A DNA stretch of 55,533 bases, the filler included, from Armatimonadota bacterium (GTDB lineage: Bacteria; Armatimonadota; Fimbriimonadia; Fimbriimonadales; Fimbriimonadaceae), in NCBI GenBank assembly GCA_031400935.1. It is 5 parts of 5 records of this genome, joined end to end, with 100 filler letters (N's around TTAATTAATTAA, not from the genome) between each part and the next. Parts side by side here need not be neighbours in the genome. Positions count along the whole stretch, not along the records: positions 1 to 8,380 come from JANNQV010000049.1; positions 8,481 to 39,093 come from JANNQV010000055.1; 3 more parts are not named here. One strand, given 5' to 3'. Below, piece by piece: positions 1 to 9,926 of the stretch (its first letter is position 1; the number at the start of each line of letters is the position of its first letter). The notes beneath the pieces were generated by a model that saw nothing but the letters and a program-made list of their open reading frames with translations, was not told the DNA's origin and searched no databases. A program made the translations under genes and the position numbers.

Positions 1-70
1 CGAAATCGAGCCGAACGCACCAGAGCCCAAATTCCTACAGTTTCCATTGCCTATGCAAGGATAAAGACAA

Positions 71-1180
71 ATGCCACTCAAACTTGATTGCCCTCGACGT
101 GAATTTTCCGAAGCCGTATCTATGGCGCAAATCGCCACTAGCGCGCGCTCACCGCAGATCATTCTGCAAAACCTAAAGATCGAGGCCAAGGATGGCGGAA
201 TTAGAGTCGTGGGATGCGACGGCGAGATGTGGATAGAACGCGATATGGCGTGCATGGTTCACGAGGGCGGTTCGACTTTGGTGCAAGCCAAGTTCCTGAG
301 CGACCTCATCGGCAGCCTGCCCGATGGCGACCTGCAGCTAGAACTTACCGATACAACCGGAGTCAAGCTCACCCAAGGCGCCAGCGAATATCTGGTCAAG
401 AGCATCGATGCTGGAAACTTCCCTGAGCCGCCAGATTACGGCGGAGAGGGCGAACTGACGATTGCCATGGGCGTTCTTCGCGAAGCCATTGATTCCGTTG
501 TTTACGCTTGCTCGCAAGACCTGCACCGGCCGGCGCTTACAGGCGTTCAGTTCCTTTACGATGGCGAGACGCTCACTTTGGTAGCCACCGACACGCACCG
601 CTTGGCAGTTCGAAGGATTTCTCAAGCTGGGCTTGGCAACAATATTACTGCCGTCGTTCCGGGCAGGGCTTTAGAAGCCATCAAGAGGCTCCCGCTCACC
701 GATGACCAGACCATCAACATTCGGTTTGGCGTGGGCAGAGTCGGCGTGGATGCTGGCGGAGCCAAGATCGTGGCTCAGCTCATCACCGGCGCGTATCCCA
801 ACTGGGAGCGAGTGGTTCCTACCGAATGGACCCGGCTTTGGACGTGCGAAATTGATCAGCTCAAAGAGCGCGTGAACCGTACGATGATCATCGCTCGCGA
901 TTCTGCAAACCGAGTTCGGTTCAAAGGCGATGGCGATCAGATCATTCTGGCTGCGCGAAGCGAAGAGAAGGGCGAAGCCAAAGAAGAAGTGCCGATGGTG
1001 GCAACCAATGGCGAAATCGAGATCGCTTTCAACGGCAAATATGTCGAGGATTCGCTCAAAGCCATGCCTGGCACGGGCGTCCGGGTCGAAATGACTGAAT
1101 ACACAAGGGCTGCCGTCTTCCGCCCCGCCGACGATCCCAACAGCTACTTCTGCGTCATCATGCCTATGGCATTGGCGTAG
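71..1180 (+). CDS. dnaN: DNA polymerase III beta sliding clamp
   Basis: 369 aa; motifs LVATDTHRLA, GAYPNWERVVP, IAFNGKYV and C-terminal VIMPM. Confidence 0.97.
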   Translation: MPLKLDCPRREFSEAVSMAQIATSARSPQIILQNLKIEAKDGGIRVVGCDGEMWIERDMACMVHEGGSTLVQAKFLSDLIGSLPDGDLQLELTDTTGVKLTQGASEYLVKSIDAGNFPEPPDYGGEGELTIAMGVLREAIDSVVYACSQDLHRPALTGVQFLYDGETLTLVATDTHRLAVRRISQAGLGNNITAVVPGRALEAIKRLPLTDDQTINIRFGVGRVGVDAGGAKIVAQLITGAYPNWERVVPTEWTRLWTCEIDQLKERVNRTMIIARDSANRVRFKGDGDQIILAARSEEKGEAKEEVPMVATNGEIEIAFNGKYVEDSLKAMPGTGVRVEMTEYTRAAVFRPADDPNSYFCVIMPMALA

Positions 1181-1192
1181 GGGGGGAAACTA

Positions 1193-2212
1193 CTGAGTAA
1201 AGGGAAACGTCGCCGCAATCGTGGCCGACCACGAGATGACCGACTGTTCGAGCTATTTGTAGCTGATATTGAGCGAATGTTGTCGCCTCATGGGGTACGA
1301 ATTGAATCGCCCTGTCCACTCGCCGACATTGACGGCGGTTTCCGTAACTTCGACTGCGCAGTCTTTACGCCGATGGAGACCGGAGAGGTCGTCGACCTAT
1401 TTGAATGTCGAGACCGTTCAGGCAAGAACGACAAAATGTGGTTGGACGAGGTCGAAGGGAAGGTCAATGACGTCCTATTAGCAGGGACTAATGTCCGAAA
1501 AGTTCATCTTGTACATAGGCTTCAACTCACTTCGCAAGCACTCAAGAAAGCAAAACGAATGGGATACGAGACGAGAGTCCTTCCCCGTTTGGCAGGACAA
1601 CGCCAGATACCGATTTTTGGATTTGGTCACCTTCAACAAAGTTGGGCTCCGTTTCGCATAAAAGTAGGATTCTTGGATGCGTCCCAAGTGCCACCGGAAA
1701 GCGACATCCTTGAAACCGTAGGTGAAGACTTTAAACGGGAGTGTCTTTACATTCACGGACACAACAAACTCTTCTCTATTCGCACATTGCTCGATGAACT
1801 ACTTATTAAACAAATACCAATCGAAGTTGAAGGGCCTGAAGAATCGGAGGAAACACGAACCATTGAGTCGAGTGCTCCTGGGATGATGCATTTCGATTCG
1901 TATTCGGATAGGCCATTGAGGTCGATCGAAATTACGTTGAAGGTATTTAGGGATCAATCAATTTTTGATCTAAACCAGTCAGGTACTTACAGGTCCGATG
2001 CCGGTGACCTATCAGATCTGGTCGATCAATATCTCCTCGATGCATCTTCCTCCATGATCTCAGCTGCAGGTGTCCATGCAGTCGAAAGTGATGGTGTAAC
2101 CCATAGCTATACAATTGCTCTTTCCAAACCCTTGGGGGCAGTTATCGAAGCTACGCGGTCTAAAACTCGTGCACGCATTGAAGGTTCGCAAACGAAGCGA
2201 GAGCCTGAATGA
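1193..2212 (+). CDS. Mrr-like/PD-(D/E)XK restriction endonuclease domain protein
   Basis: The frame stays open upstream of ATG 1277 and encodes FELFVADIE, followed by RNFDCAV...FECRDRS. Candidate CTG start at 1193 after a G-run RBS. Confidence 0.6.
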   Translation: MSKGKRRRNRGRPRDDRLFELFVADIERMLSPHGVRIESPCPLADIDGGFRNFDCAVFTPMETGEVVDLFECRDRSGKNDKMWLDEVEGKVNDVLLAGTNVRKVHLVHRLQLTSQALKKAKRMGYETRVLPRLAGQRQIPIFGFGHLQQSWAPFRIKVGFLDASQVPPESDILETVGEDFKRECLYIHGHNKLFSIRTLLDELLIKQIPIEVEGPEESEETRTIESSAPGMMHFDSYSDRPLRSIEITLKVFRDQSIFDLNQSGTYRSDAGDLSDLVDQYLLDASSSMISAAGVHAVESDGVTHSYTIALSKPLGAVIEATRSKTRARIEGSQTKREPE

Positions 2213-2399
2213 ACGCAACAAGACCTTATGAGAAACCAGGCACAATTCAACTGGATAGCATCGGTTAGTCATGCACACCGAATAATACTCTTGCGACATG
2301 TCTGCGCAAATCAATGTCATCGCGTCTTGCCGCTTTAGAAGAACATTGTGTTACTCAAGCAGACGCATTAGAAATTGTTTTACTCAGTTAATGATTGCG

Positions 2400-3554
2400 T
2401 TATGCAATGTATGATCCTTCTACAGAGGATTCAAACTGAGGCTCCTCGCTTTGTTCTTGTGTATTACAGACGACTGCTGTTTTGGGTTGTAGTCGACGGA
2501 GGCCTAGTCCACGCTCGAACTTAGCAAACATCCTCTCTGCCTCAACACTACGGTTGTGAACCCGAAACTGATCACAAAAGTGTCTATACAAAGCGGCAAC
2601 CAGAGCATCCTTGTCTGATGCGGCATCCACAATCGCTTGAGAGTATCTATCTCCCAAGTCAGTTTTAGCTTTACCAAATAGTGAAATGCTCTCGTCCCAA
2701 GCGCAATCAAACTCCTCACGTCGTTGACGGGTAAATCCGCTTACTGACTTGGTAAGGTTTGCTGGCCCCTTCTGGAATCCAACATACCGACCATAAGTAC
2801 CTACTACAGTAAGTGGCTCCTGACCTTCCGCCTGCACAATTAATAAGGGGCTAGGCAACCAACCTACGCAAGCCCGACATTCGATGGTCAAATCCTCTGT
2901 TGTTCGCTTTACGTTCTGAATTTCCTTTAAGAACTCGTAACTGGCACGAATAGATTCAGCGGCAAGAGATGCACCCTCATAGTCTCCATTATCGCTCTGT
3001 AAATCCTCGTCACGGCCATCTGAATGGGCTGCTTTTTCACGCTTCGAATTCTTTGTTTTGCACAGAGCCTTCGCTGCAATCGTGCCATGCTCAAGGGATG
3101 ACAGTACTATGATTTCAATATTGGTCTTCAGGCCCGTTCTATCACGTAGAGCCGCAAAACTACGAAGCCACTCTCCTCCCCTAGTTTCACAGAAAATGGG
3201 AATCCAAACGAGAAACAACTTCACTGTCACTTCTCTCGGGTTTTCTGCTACGGATTGAAGAGCCGCTCTCTTGGCTACATGCCAATGGTCACAGGTAGTA
3301 GAGCCAGCATTCGTTCGATTAATCCAGGCTTCAAGGTCCGTGAACAAACGTTCATGGCGATGCATCGTTCGAAGACGCTTGTAATCGGCGCCAAGCAATC
3401 GGGCCATCTCGACAACCTTTTCGGAAGCAATAGAGTCGCCGCCCTGTAAAAACTGCGTAATTGCGCTAGGATGTACGCCAAGAAGTTGAGCTACATCCTT
3501 TTTGTCCCTGTCTTGTCGCTGCAAGAACTCAGTAAAGAAAGTTCCGAGGGTCAT
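2400..3554 (-). CDS. XRE-family HTH protein with a C-terminal DUF5919/PLD-like-fold domain (tentative)
   Basis: N-terminal HTH (KKDVAQLLGVHPSAITQFLQG); C-terminal PSPLLIV...EEFDCAWDES pattern. Confidence 0.6.
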   Translation of the reverse strand: MTLGTFFTEFLQRQDRDKKDVAQLLGVHPSAITQFLQGGDSIASEKVVEMARLLGADYKRLRTMHRHERLFTDLEAWINRTNAGSTTCDHWHVAKRAALQSVAENPREVTVKLFLVWIPIFCETRGGEWLRSFAALRDRTGLKTNIEIIVLSSLEHGTIAAKALCKTKNSKREKAAHSDGRDEDLQSDNGDYEGASLAAESIRASYEFLKEIQNVKRTTEDLTIECRACVGWLPSPLLIVQAEGQEPLTVVGTYGRYVGFQKGPANLTKSVSGFTRQRREEFDCAWDESISLFGKAKTDLGDRYSQAIVDAASDKDALVAALYRHFCDQFRVHNRSVEAERMFAKFERGLGLRRLQPKTAVVCNTQEQSEEPQFESSVEGSYIA

Positions 3555-3635
3555 TATTGTGTGTCCTATAAACGCTTCTACGTCAATTGCGGTTTGCTCG
3601 GTTTCATCCTGGCAAAGATTCCTATTAACTCTAGC

Positions 3636-3664
3636 ATTATAGCACGTCCTTGCGAAAAGGTCAA
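3636..3664 (-). promoter_or_regulatory. sigma70-type promoter for the HTH gene
   Basis: Minus strand TTGACC-N17-TATAAT with extended TGn. Confidence 0.65.
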
Positions 3665-3849
3665 AACTGGAAAATTTCTTTATGTCTTTTAATTACGATT
3701 TGGTGCATGCCTGAAGATTCTCTGTTCGATACCAGAAAGACCAGCGAACCTGAATCAACTGAGTTGCGAAGAAATTTAGCTTAGTTTTGAAGATTCTCTC
3801 AATAAAGACGTGATTTTGCAGTATTGTTGTTTCAAAGCAACGTATAATT

Positions 3850-5382
3850 ATGGTGAAATGGCAGGGCAGAAAAGTGAAAAAAGCAAGGGAGCGGCGCAGT
3901 ACTAAAAAGCTGGCAATTGAACTTGCTGAGCTAGTGGAAGCGGCTTTGAAGCGGTCGTTACCTGTTACTGCCGGACATGAGCGGCAATTTCGTGACCTCG
4001 TTTCAAAACTAGAAAGAAAGGCATTTGACCTGCCTGACCCAATCAAGCGTTTTTCCTCACTTGGCGTATTGATTGAATTCTTTCGACTCTTTCCACAAGA
4101 TTTCAAGGAGACTGATGCAGTTCTTCGCTCGCAAGCTGTGCTCTTATCGCCCAAAGCCAGCTTGAATTTTCAGGCGGAAGGTCAAAATCTACGTGGAAAT
4201 GTTGGTTCCAACTTAATTATTGAAATCATTGTTGGAACAGTTGTGCCTACCGTCCTCGGACTAGTTGGCCTTTCAAACATGATCGTGCCATTCCTATTTT
4301 TCTTCTTTTTGTATGCAACATTCCGCTTCCCATCGTGTCGAAAACTCTGTATTGCCACGTTGGTGTGTATTTCCGGAGCATGGGGTTACCTTTCATTTAA
4401 GCCAGGTAAACGAACCCCAATTGTCCGTGTGAATACTTCTCCAGTTCCAATCTCCTCCGGTGCCAACATTGAAATTGTTGCTAACGAGTTTCCAGGACTT
4501 AGTTTCCAACCAAACGAATCATTCCCGGAGTTAGGAGATGTCGAAGTATCCTCAGCTATTGCTTTCACGCTAAACGGAAAAACAATAACAAATGAAACAA
4601 AGTGGCCTCGATTGTACTTGTTTGAGTCAGTGACACCTGTATTATCAAACGTTAGCTTAGTTGAACAAGGTGTGGGAAGCGGCAGATTCATTGCTAATCC
4701 AAGTCCTGGTGTATTTGCTCTGGGAAAATACATCGCAACACTGGATGTGCGGATAGGGGACGAGTGGAGAGCTCAATCGTCTCCATTCACAACTTACCGC
4801 AAGATTGATGGTCACAGAATTGTGGAAGGGTCAATGCCTGGTTATCACGACGATGGAAGTGTTCGCTTAAGCATTGACAACCGGACTCTATCAATCGGTG
4901 GAATTGGACCCGAATCGACTGCATCTTGGCCAACCTTAACATCGGAACTGCGCCCATTTAGTTTCAGATTTCGTGCACTTTTGAGCACAATTCGAAAACG
5001 AGGAAATGGTGAAGTTTCGCTAACGTTCAACAAAAATTTCGGTGTAACACTCGAATTTGTGCATGGCCGATGTTTCTTAGTCCTCACTCAAGATGGAATT
5101 CCTCTACTAGATGGAACGCGACGACCGTACCGGAAACGAATTCCATTCGCCGAATCCGATGAGTTGCAATATTTTTGGATTCACTTCGACCTATCCCGCA
5201 TCTATCTGGCAACGGGACGCGACCATGGGGAGATTATGGGCGCTTCAATTCGCCAGACTGATATTGAATTCACGAACCTTCTTTCGATTCGAACAAAGAA
5301 TGCCAGATTTGAGATTTCAGAGTATTGTGAAGCTACGTTTCGATGCAAGATCATAGGTAACGAATGGTGGGCCGAAGAATAG
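3850..5382 (+). CDS. hypothetical membrane-anchored protein
   Basis: 510-aa ORF; hydrophobic segments around aa 120-185, then a beta-rich soluble region. Confidence 0.65.
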   Translation: MVKWQGRKVKKARERRSTKKLAIELAELVEAALKRSLPVTAGHERQFRDLVSKLERKAFDLPDPIKRFSSLGVLIEFFRLFPQDFKETDAVLRSQAVLLSPKASLNFQAEGQNLRGNVGSNLIIEIIVGTVVPTVLGLVGLSNMIVPFLFFFFLYATFRFPSCRKLCIATLVCISGAWGYLSFKPGKRTPIVRVNTSPVPISSGANIEIVANEFPGLSFQPNESFPELGDVEVSSAIAFTLNGKTITNETKWPRLYLFESVTPVLSNVSLVEQGVGSGRFIANPSPGVFALGKYIATLDVRIGDEWRAQSSPFTTYRKIDGHRIVEGSMPGYHDDGSVRLSIDNRTLSIGGIGPESTASWPTLTSELRPFSFRFRALLSTIRKRGNGEVSLTFNKNFGVTLEFVHGRCFLVLTQDGIPLLDGTRRPYRKRIPFAESDELQYFWIHFDLSRIYLATGRDHGEIMGASIRQTDIEFTNLLSIRTKNARFEISEYCEATFRCKIIGNEWWAEE

Positions 5383-5439
5383 CATCGGCCTGCGAAGGAA
5401 TCAAGAGTCCCGACTTCATGCCACACTTCGGAAAGACAA

Positions 5440-5925
5440 ATGTTCGAAATCTCACCAAATGAAAGAGTAGAAGAGTTCCACGAGAAAACTTACAATGCTG
5501 TTGTGGTCTCCGCACTTCTCGTGTTTTTTGGCATTATTGCGCCGCAAGCCTCTGTTACATTCCTCAAATTAGTACCAGACCCGGTCCTCCAGAAAGCCAT
5601 TTCAAATCCAGAAACAAATGCAATCTTGCTCTTTCACTTCCAACTAGCTGCCCTAATTGGTACTGTCCTCACCTTAATAGTTACTTGCGTCTATCCTGCG
5701 TTCAAAGGCAAGTCTGGGCCTCGACGAGCGGTAAACACCCTAATACTAATTGTTGCTTTTATTTTTCTACTGTTATTCTTCTTTACGGAGACGTTTAGAA
5801 GTCAAGTGGTTTTCCGAACAAGTGCAAGCATCGGAAGTATTATTTCAACCGGTTCACTTGAATTTTGGCGCTGGTTCTTTGTGATCGCAGGAGTTTTGAG
5901 AAGTTTGTTTCAGCTTGCCTACTAG
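5440..5925 (+). CDS. hypothetical membrane protein (about 4 TM)
   Basis: 161-aa hydrophobic ORF, co-directional with 3850-5382. Confidence 0.65.
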   Translation: MFEISPNERVEEFHEKTYNAVVVSALLVFFGIIAPQASVTFLKLVPDPVLQKAISNPETNAILLFHFQLAALIGTVLTLIVTCVYPAFKGKSGPRRAVNTLILIVAFIFLLLFFFTETFRSQVVFRTSASIGSIISTGSLEFWRWFFVIAGVLRSLFQLAY

Positions 5926-6050
5926 CGACTGGTGACTGGGCTAAATTGTAACTTCCTCACGTGGGTGGCACTGTTATTCGAGGAACGAGAATAGCAGTGA
6001 GTAACGACGGGTGAGCCTGACAGATTGAAAATCAGGCCCCGGGAGGCACC
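5926..6050 (+). repeat. composite GTGG-REP-like element, two tandem copies
   Basis: GTGG + hairpin CACTGTTATTC-gaggaacga-GAATAGCAGTG (5965-5999); leader CGACGGGTGAGCCTGACAGATT at 6005. Confidence 0.7.
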
Positions 6051-6141
6051 CAAAAGGCGTAGATTCGATTAAGACTTTCCACTAGTCGACTCGTGCAAAC
6101 ATCTGTGGACACATTCTCGGACTGGGTAACGTCCTCGATTT

Positions 6142-6960
6142 ATGAAGGGATGGCCCAAGTACGGAATTGAATTTGTCTTACTCATGGTTGTGATCGCGAC
6201 CAGTGTCGCGGGATTCTGGAACCTATACTTCGGGCCAGAAGCAGCGCCAAGCCTTTATCACCATATGCATGTCGGGGTCAATTTCCTTTGGATCGCGCTT
6301 TTGCTGTACCAACTCAGTCTCGTTTCCAGAAACAAGTTTAAGGACCATCGCAGATCCGGCCTCATGGTTCTGGTGTTCGGTCCACTGCTCGTCGCATCGA
6401 CCGCGTTGCTGTCGGTTCATTCGGCGCATAAGGGACTCGTCTCGGGCGAAGGCGACGCGCTGATAGTGCAAAACGTGGGCGTCACTTTGGAGTTGGCGGC
6501 GATCATTCTGCTTGGCTTCATCTTTCGAAAGCGCCGGAAACTGCATGCCTCGTTTTTGATGAGCACGTCGATCTTGTTCTTTGGCATCGCGTTCTTTTTC
6601 ACTCTGATCAGTTTTGTGCCCGCATACAAGATCGAAGGCCCCGACACGTTTTATCGTTTTGCAACGGCGGGCATCGCGGGCCAAAACACGTGCTTGGTCC
6701 TCGGGTTCTTGCTCTGCACCCGCGACTTCAAAAATGGCTGGCCGTATCTATTGGCCGGATCGATGTTCTGGATCAACGACCTCGTTACGAGATGGCTTAC
6801 GAGCGCTAAGCTCATTCAGCCTCTCACAGAGACAGTTGGCGGCATGAATCAGCCAGTTACTTTCGCCGCAACGTTATTGATTCTGTTCGGGCTGCTTTTG
6901 GCTACCGGTGTCGGTAGACGGGCAAGCACCCAAACGACGAGTGAGCCGGACAGATTGTAA
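6142..6960 (+). CDS. hypothetical multi-pass membrane protein with His-containing helices
   Basis: 272 aa, about 7-8 hydrophobic segments; HHMH, HRRSG and HASFL motifs. Confidence 0.75.
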   Translation: MKGWPKYGIEFVLLMVVIATSVAGFWNLYFGPEAAPSLYHHMHVGVNFLWIALLLYQLSLVSRNKFKDHRRSGLMVLVFGPLLVASTALLSVHSAHKGLVSGEGDALIVQNVGVTLELAAIILLGFIFRKRRKLHASFLMSTSILFFGIAFFFTLISFVPAYKIEGPDTFYRFATAGIAGQNTCLVLGFLLCTRDFKNGWPYLLAGSMFWINDLVTRWLTSAKLIQPLTETVGGMNQPVTFAATLLILFGLLLATGVGRRASTQTTSEPDRL

Positions 6961-7007
6961 CCCAGACTCCGGGAGGCATTGCTAGGTGAGGTACCAACTT
7001 GTCAGTG
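6935..7007 (+). repeat. composite GTGG-REP-like element overlapping the 3' end of the preceding CDS
   Basis: CGACGAGTGAGCCGGACAGATT...ACTCCGGGAGGCATTG...TGTCAGTG. Confidence 0.65.
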
Positions 7008-7114
7008 TTCAGACTCGATTCAAGCAAGATCAGGAAAGAAGGGACCCGAAACAAAGATCGGTTTGATACCACTGCGTAGAATCAAAGATTGGCAATAACA
7101 AGTTTTCATCCGAT

Positions 7115-7993
7115 TCAATGGCTAGTTCCAATTCGAACTAGATTGCTGCCGTCAGCATCACTAACGTACAGCGCGGTCGTAGGAAACTCTCCTACGACGA
7201 AAATCGCTTTCTTTCCATCTGGCGACCACCGAAGCCTCGACGTACGATATGGAAACTGACGTATCCGCTTACCGGAAATGGTGGCAATTATTACCTGCTT
7301 CACTTTCTCATCTTCCATGATCGTATGCGAAATGGTGCCATTCGGTCCGAAATCTGGATAGAAGTTGTGCTTTGATGGCTCGGAGACATGGCGCGAACTT
7401 GTTCCGTCTGAATTGATCACATAAATCTGGTCCTTGCTGTCGCCTAACTCCCTGAAGAAGACTATACGCTTACCATCGGGCGACCACAGCGGGCTGAATG
7501 CCTTGCCCGGTCCAAACGTGATCTGCCGAATGTCCTTACCCTCCGCATCAGATGTAAAACATTGAGCGGTTCCATTGCCCAAATCCGCCGTGAAAACAAG
7601 CCTTTTCGCGACCCCAGAGTAGTTTGCGCTTCGTATAGCCAGCTTTATCCCAAAGGGCTTCTCCGTTTTCTGGTCCAAATCAAAACGGCACAATTCTGGT
7701 CCACTTGGAAGGGACTTAATATAGAGTATCGACCGGCCGCCATTGAACCACTCGGCAAGGCCAACACCGCTCGCAACCAGTTCTGGCTTCGAACCATCCG
7801 GGTTGGCAATCCAGATATTCCTTTTGCTGGGATCAAAGTTTACGGCGTCATCTATCTTTGAATAGAGAATCCGTTTTGAGTCTGGAGAAAAACAAAAAGA
7901 CAAGAATCCGGTTGGCTGAGGTCCAACAGGAAGGTCCTTCAGTCCACTCTGCGACATCAGTGGTAAGACTAATGCAATAGCCGTAACAAACAT
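7115..7993 (-). CDS. secreted TolB-like/PD40 beta-propeller protein
   Basis: Signal peptide; repeated FSPDSKRI, WSPDGKRI and WSPDGKKA motifs. Confidence 0.85.
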   Translation of the reverse strand: MFVTAIALVLPLMSQSGLKDLPVGPQPTGFLSFCFSPDSKRILYSKIDDAVNFDPSKRNIWIANPDGSKPELVASGVGLAEWFNGGRSILYIKSLPSGPELCRFDLDQKTEKPFGIKLAIRSANYSGVAKRLVFTADLGNGTAQCFTSDAEGKDIRQITFGPGKAFSPLWSPDGKRIVFFRELGDSKDQIYVINSDGTSSRHVSEPSKHNFYPDFGPNGTISHTIMEDEKVKQVIIATISGKRIRQFPYRTSRLRWSPDGKKAIFVVGEFPTTALYVSDADGSNLVRIGTSH

Positions 7994-8299
7994 ATTGCAT
8001 CATACGCAATAAGGTGTTGGCTTTGTGCCTGTCATGAGTTTAGAGACTCTCGACCTTTCGCTCGTTGAGATACTCGAACATGAATGTCCAAACCTGTCGA
8101 ACGAGCTTTGAAGGCCGAGGGATCGAAATGAGGGAAATTCCGAAACAACACAAGACTCATCTCGCTCACTTGTAAAATTACCGGTTTATCTAAAACGCCA
8201 ACAAAAATTGAATCTTTTCTCGCAATTCCTCGGCATTTACCTTATACTATTGCTAGAGAAAGCATCATGACTATTCGCCAATTTCCGTTTTCATGCTCC

Positions 8300-8380
8300 A
8301 TGACGAGCTTCCGAAACGTAGCCTTAGCTGCCGCACTCGCTGCTTGCGCCGCCAGCCAAGCCAGCGAATCCGTGTTTTTG
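8300..8380 (+). CDS. 5' fragment of a secreted protein, cut by the contig end
   Basis: MTSFRNVALAAALAACAASQASESVFL reads as a signal peptide and runs into the linker. Confidence 0.5.
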
Positions 8381-8480
8381 NNNNNNNNNNNNNNNNNNNN
8401 NNNNNNNNNNNNNNNNNNNNNNNNTTAATTAATTAANNNNNNNNNNNNNNNNNNNNNNNNNNNNNNNNNNNNNNNNNNNN
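8381..8480. other. artificial contig linker
   Basis: N-run, TTAATTAATTAA (stops in all frames), N-run. Confidence 0.98.
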
Positions 8481-8956
<476 letters not shown>

Positions 8957-9035
8957 AAGAATAGCACTCCTATCTCACTGAGATAGTGACAATTCTAGGT
9001 CGGTCACACTGCTTGCTAATCGGAGCTTTTCAAGG

Positions 9036-9069
9036 AAAAAGCCCAATCGTTAACCCGATTGGGCTTTTT
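9036..9069 (+). terminator. intrinsic terminator directly after 16S
   Basis: AAAAAGCCCAATCG-ttaacc-CGATTGGGCTTTTT. Confidence 0.85.
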
Positions 9070-9162
9070 GCGTTTTGCTTGGATCGCAATGTTAAATTTC
9101 TGGACCACTTGAGTTTGCGTTAGTAACGAGTTGACAATCCGACCATCTGTTTGCAACCAAGT

Positions 9163-9926
9163 ATGTTCGAACAATTTCATTCCATCGTTTGTAAAAGATT
9201 AGTTCATGACGGGGGTATAAGACGGCTATTGGATGAGCATAGAGAAGGCTTTGACTCCTATGTTTCAAATACGATTCTTGAACGGGGTCAGGCATACTGC
9301 AAGAGCCTACAAATGGGACTCCTGTATGCGTATCGATATGCACCAATGCACTATGCTGCGTTGCAAGAAGTCCTGCCAGGGCATTGGACGAGACAGTACT
9401 CTTGGATTTTGGTGGCGGTCCTGGAACCGGGCTACTAGCTGTTGCAAGCAGAGGATTGCAAAAAATAAAGCGGATCGCGCTCGAATACGCAAGCGGCATG
9501 AGTGAGGTAGCAAAAATTGCACAAAATATCGTTGGATCGCGATGCGATTTGAATACAGAGCATCAATTGGTTTCACCGCAATTCCTTCAAGACATTGACA
9601 AGGCTTCCAAATGTAAACCAACGATAATTATATTCTCGTATCTCTTTGCTCAATCGTTAACAAGTGCGTTTGTAAGTGCCCTAGCAAGGGCGATTAGGTC
9701 CTTAGACACGGTTCACACTTCAATAGTCTATACAAATCCAGTCGGACCGAGCGCAGCTTGGATGCCGGAAAGTGATATCCACTTCTGGTATCGAGAGTTT
9801 TGCAATGAAATGGGCCACGAGCCAAGAATTGAGACAATTCCGTACAAATATGGTGCCGTCGCAAACCTGAAGCTGCCGGTAGAGCGTGATGGAGAATGCG
9901 CATCAGAGGTTTGGAGAATTAATTGA
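9163..9926 (+). pseudogene. class I SAM-dependent methyltransferase split by a 1-nt frameshift near 9365-9384
   Basis: First frame encodes LLYAYRYAPMHYAALQEVL; the -1 frame continues with ALDETVLLDFGGGPGTG and IIFSYLF. Confidence 0.7.

Noticed and set aside
5926..7007. Integron attC cassette array
   Set aside because: The repeats lack RYYYAAC/GTTRRRY ends and there is no integron integrase
8381..8480. TTAATTAATTAA palindrome flanked by Ns (four occurrences)
   Set aside because: Artificial contig linker; gene adjacency across it is meaningless
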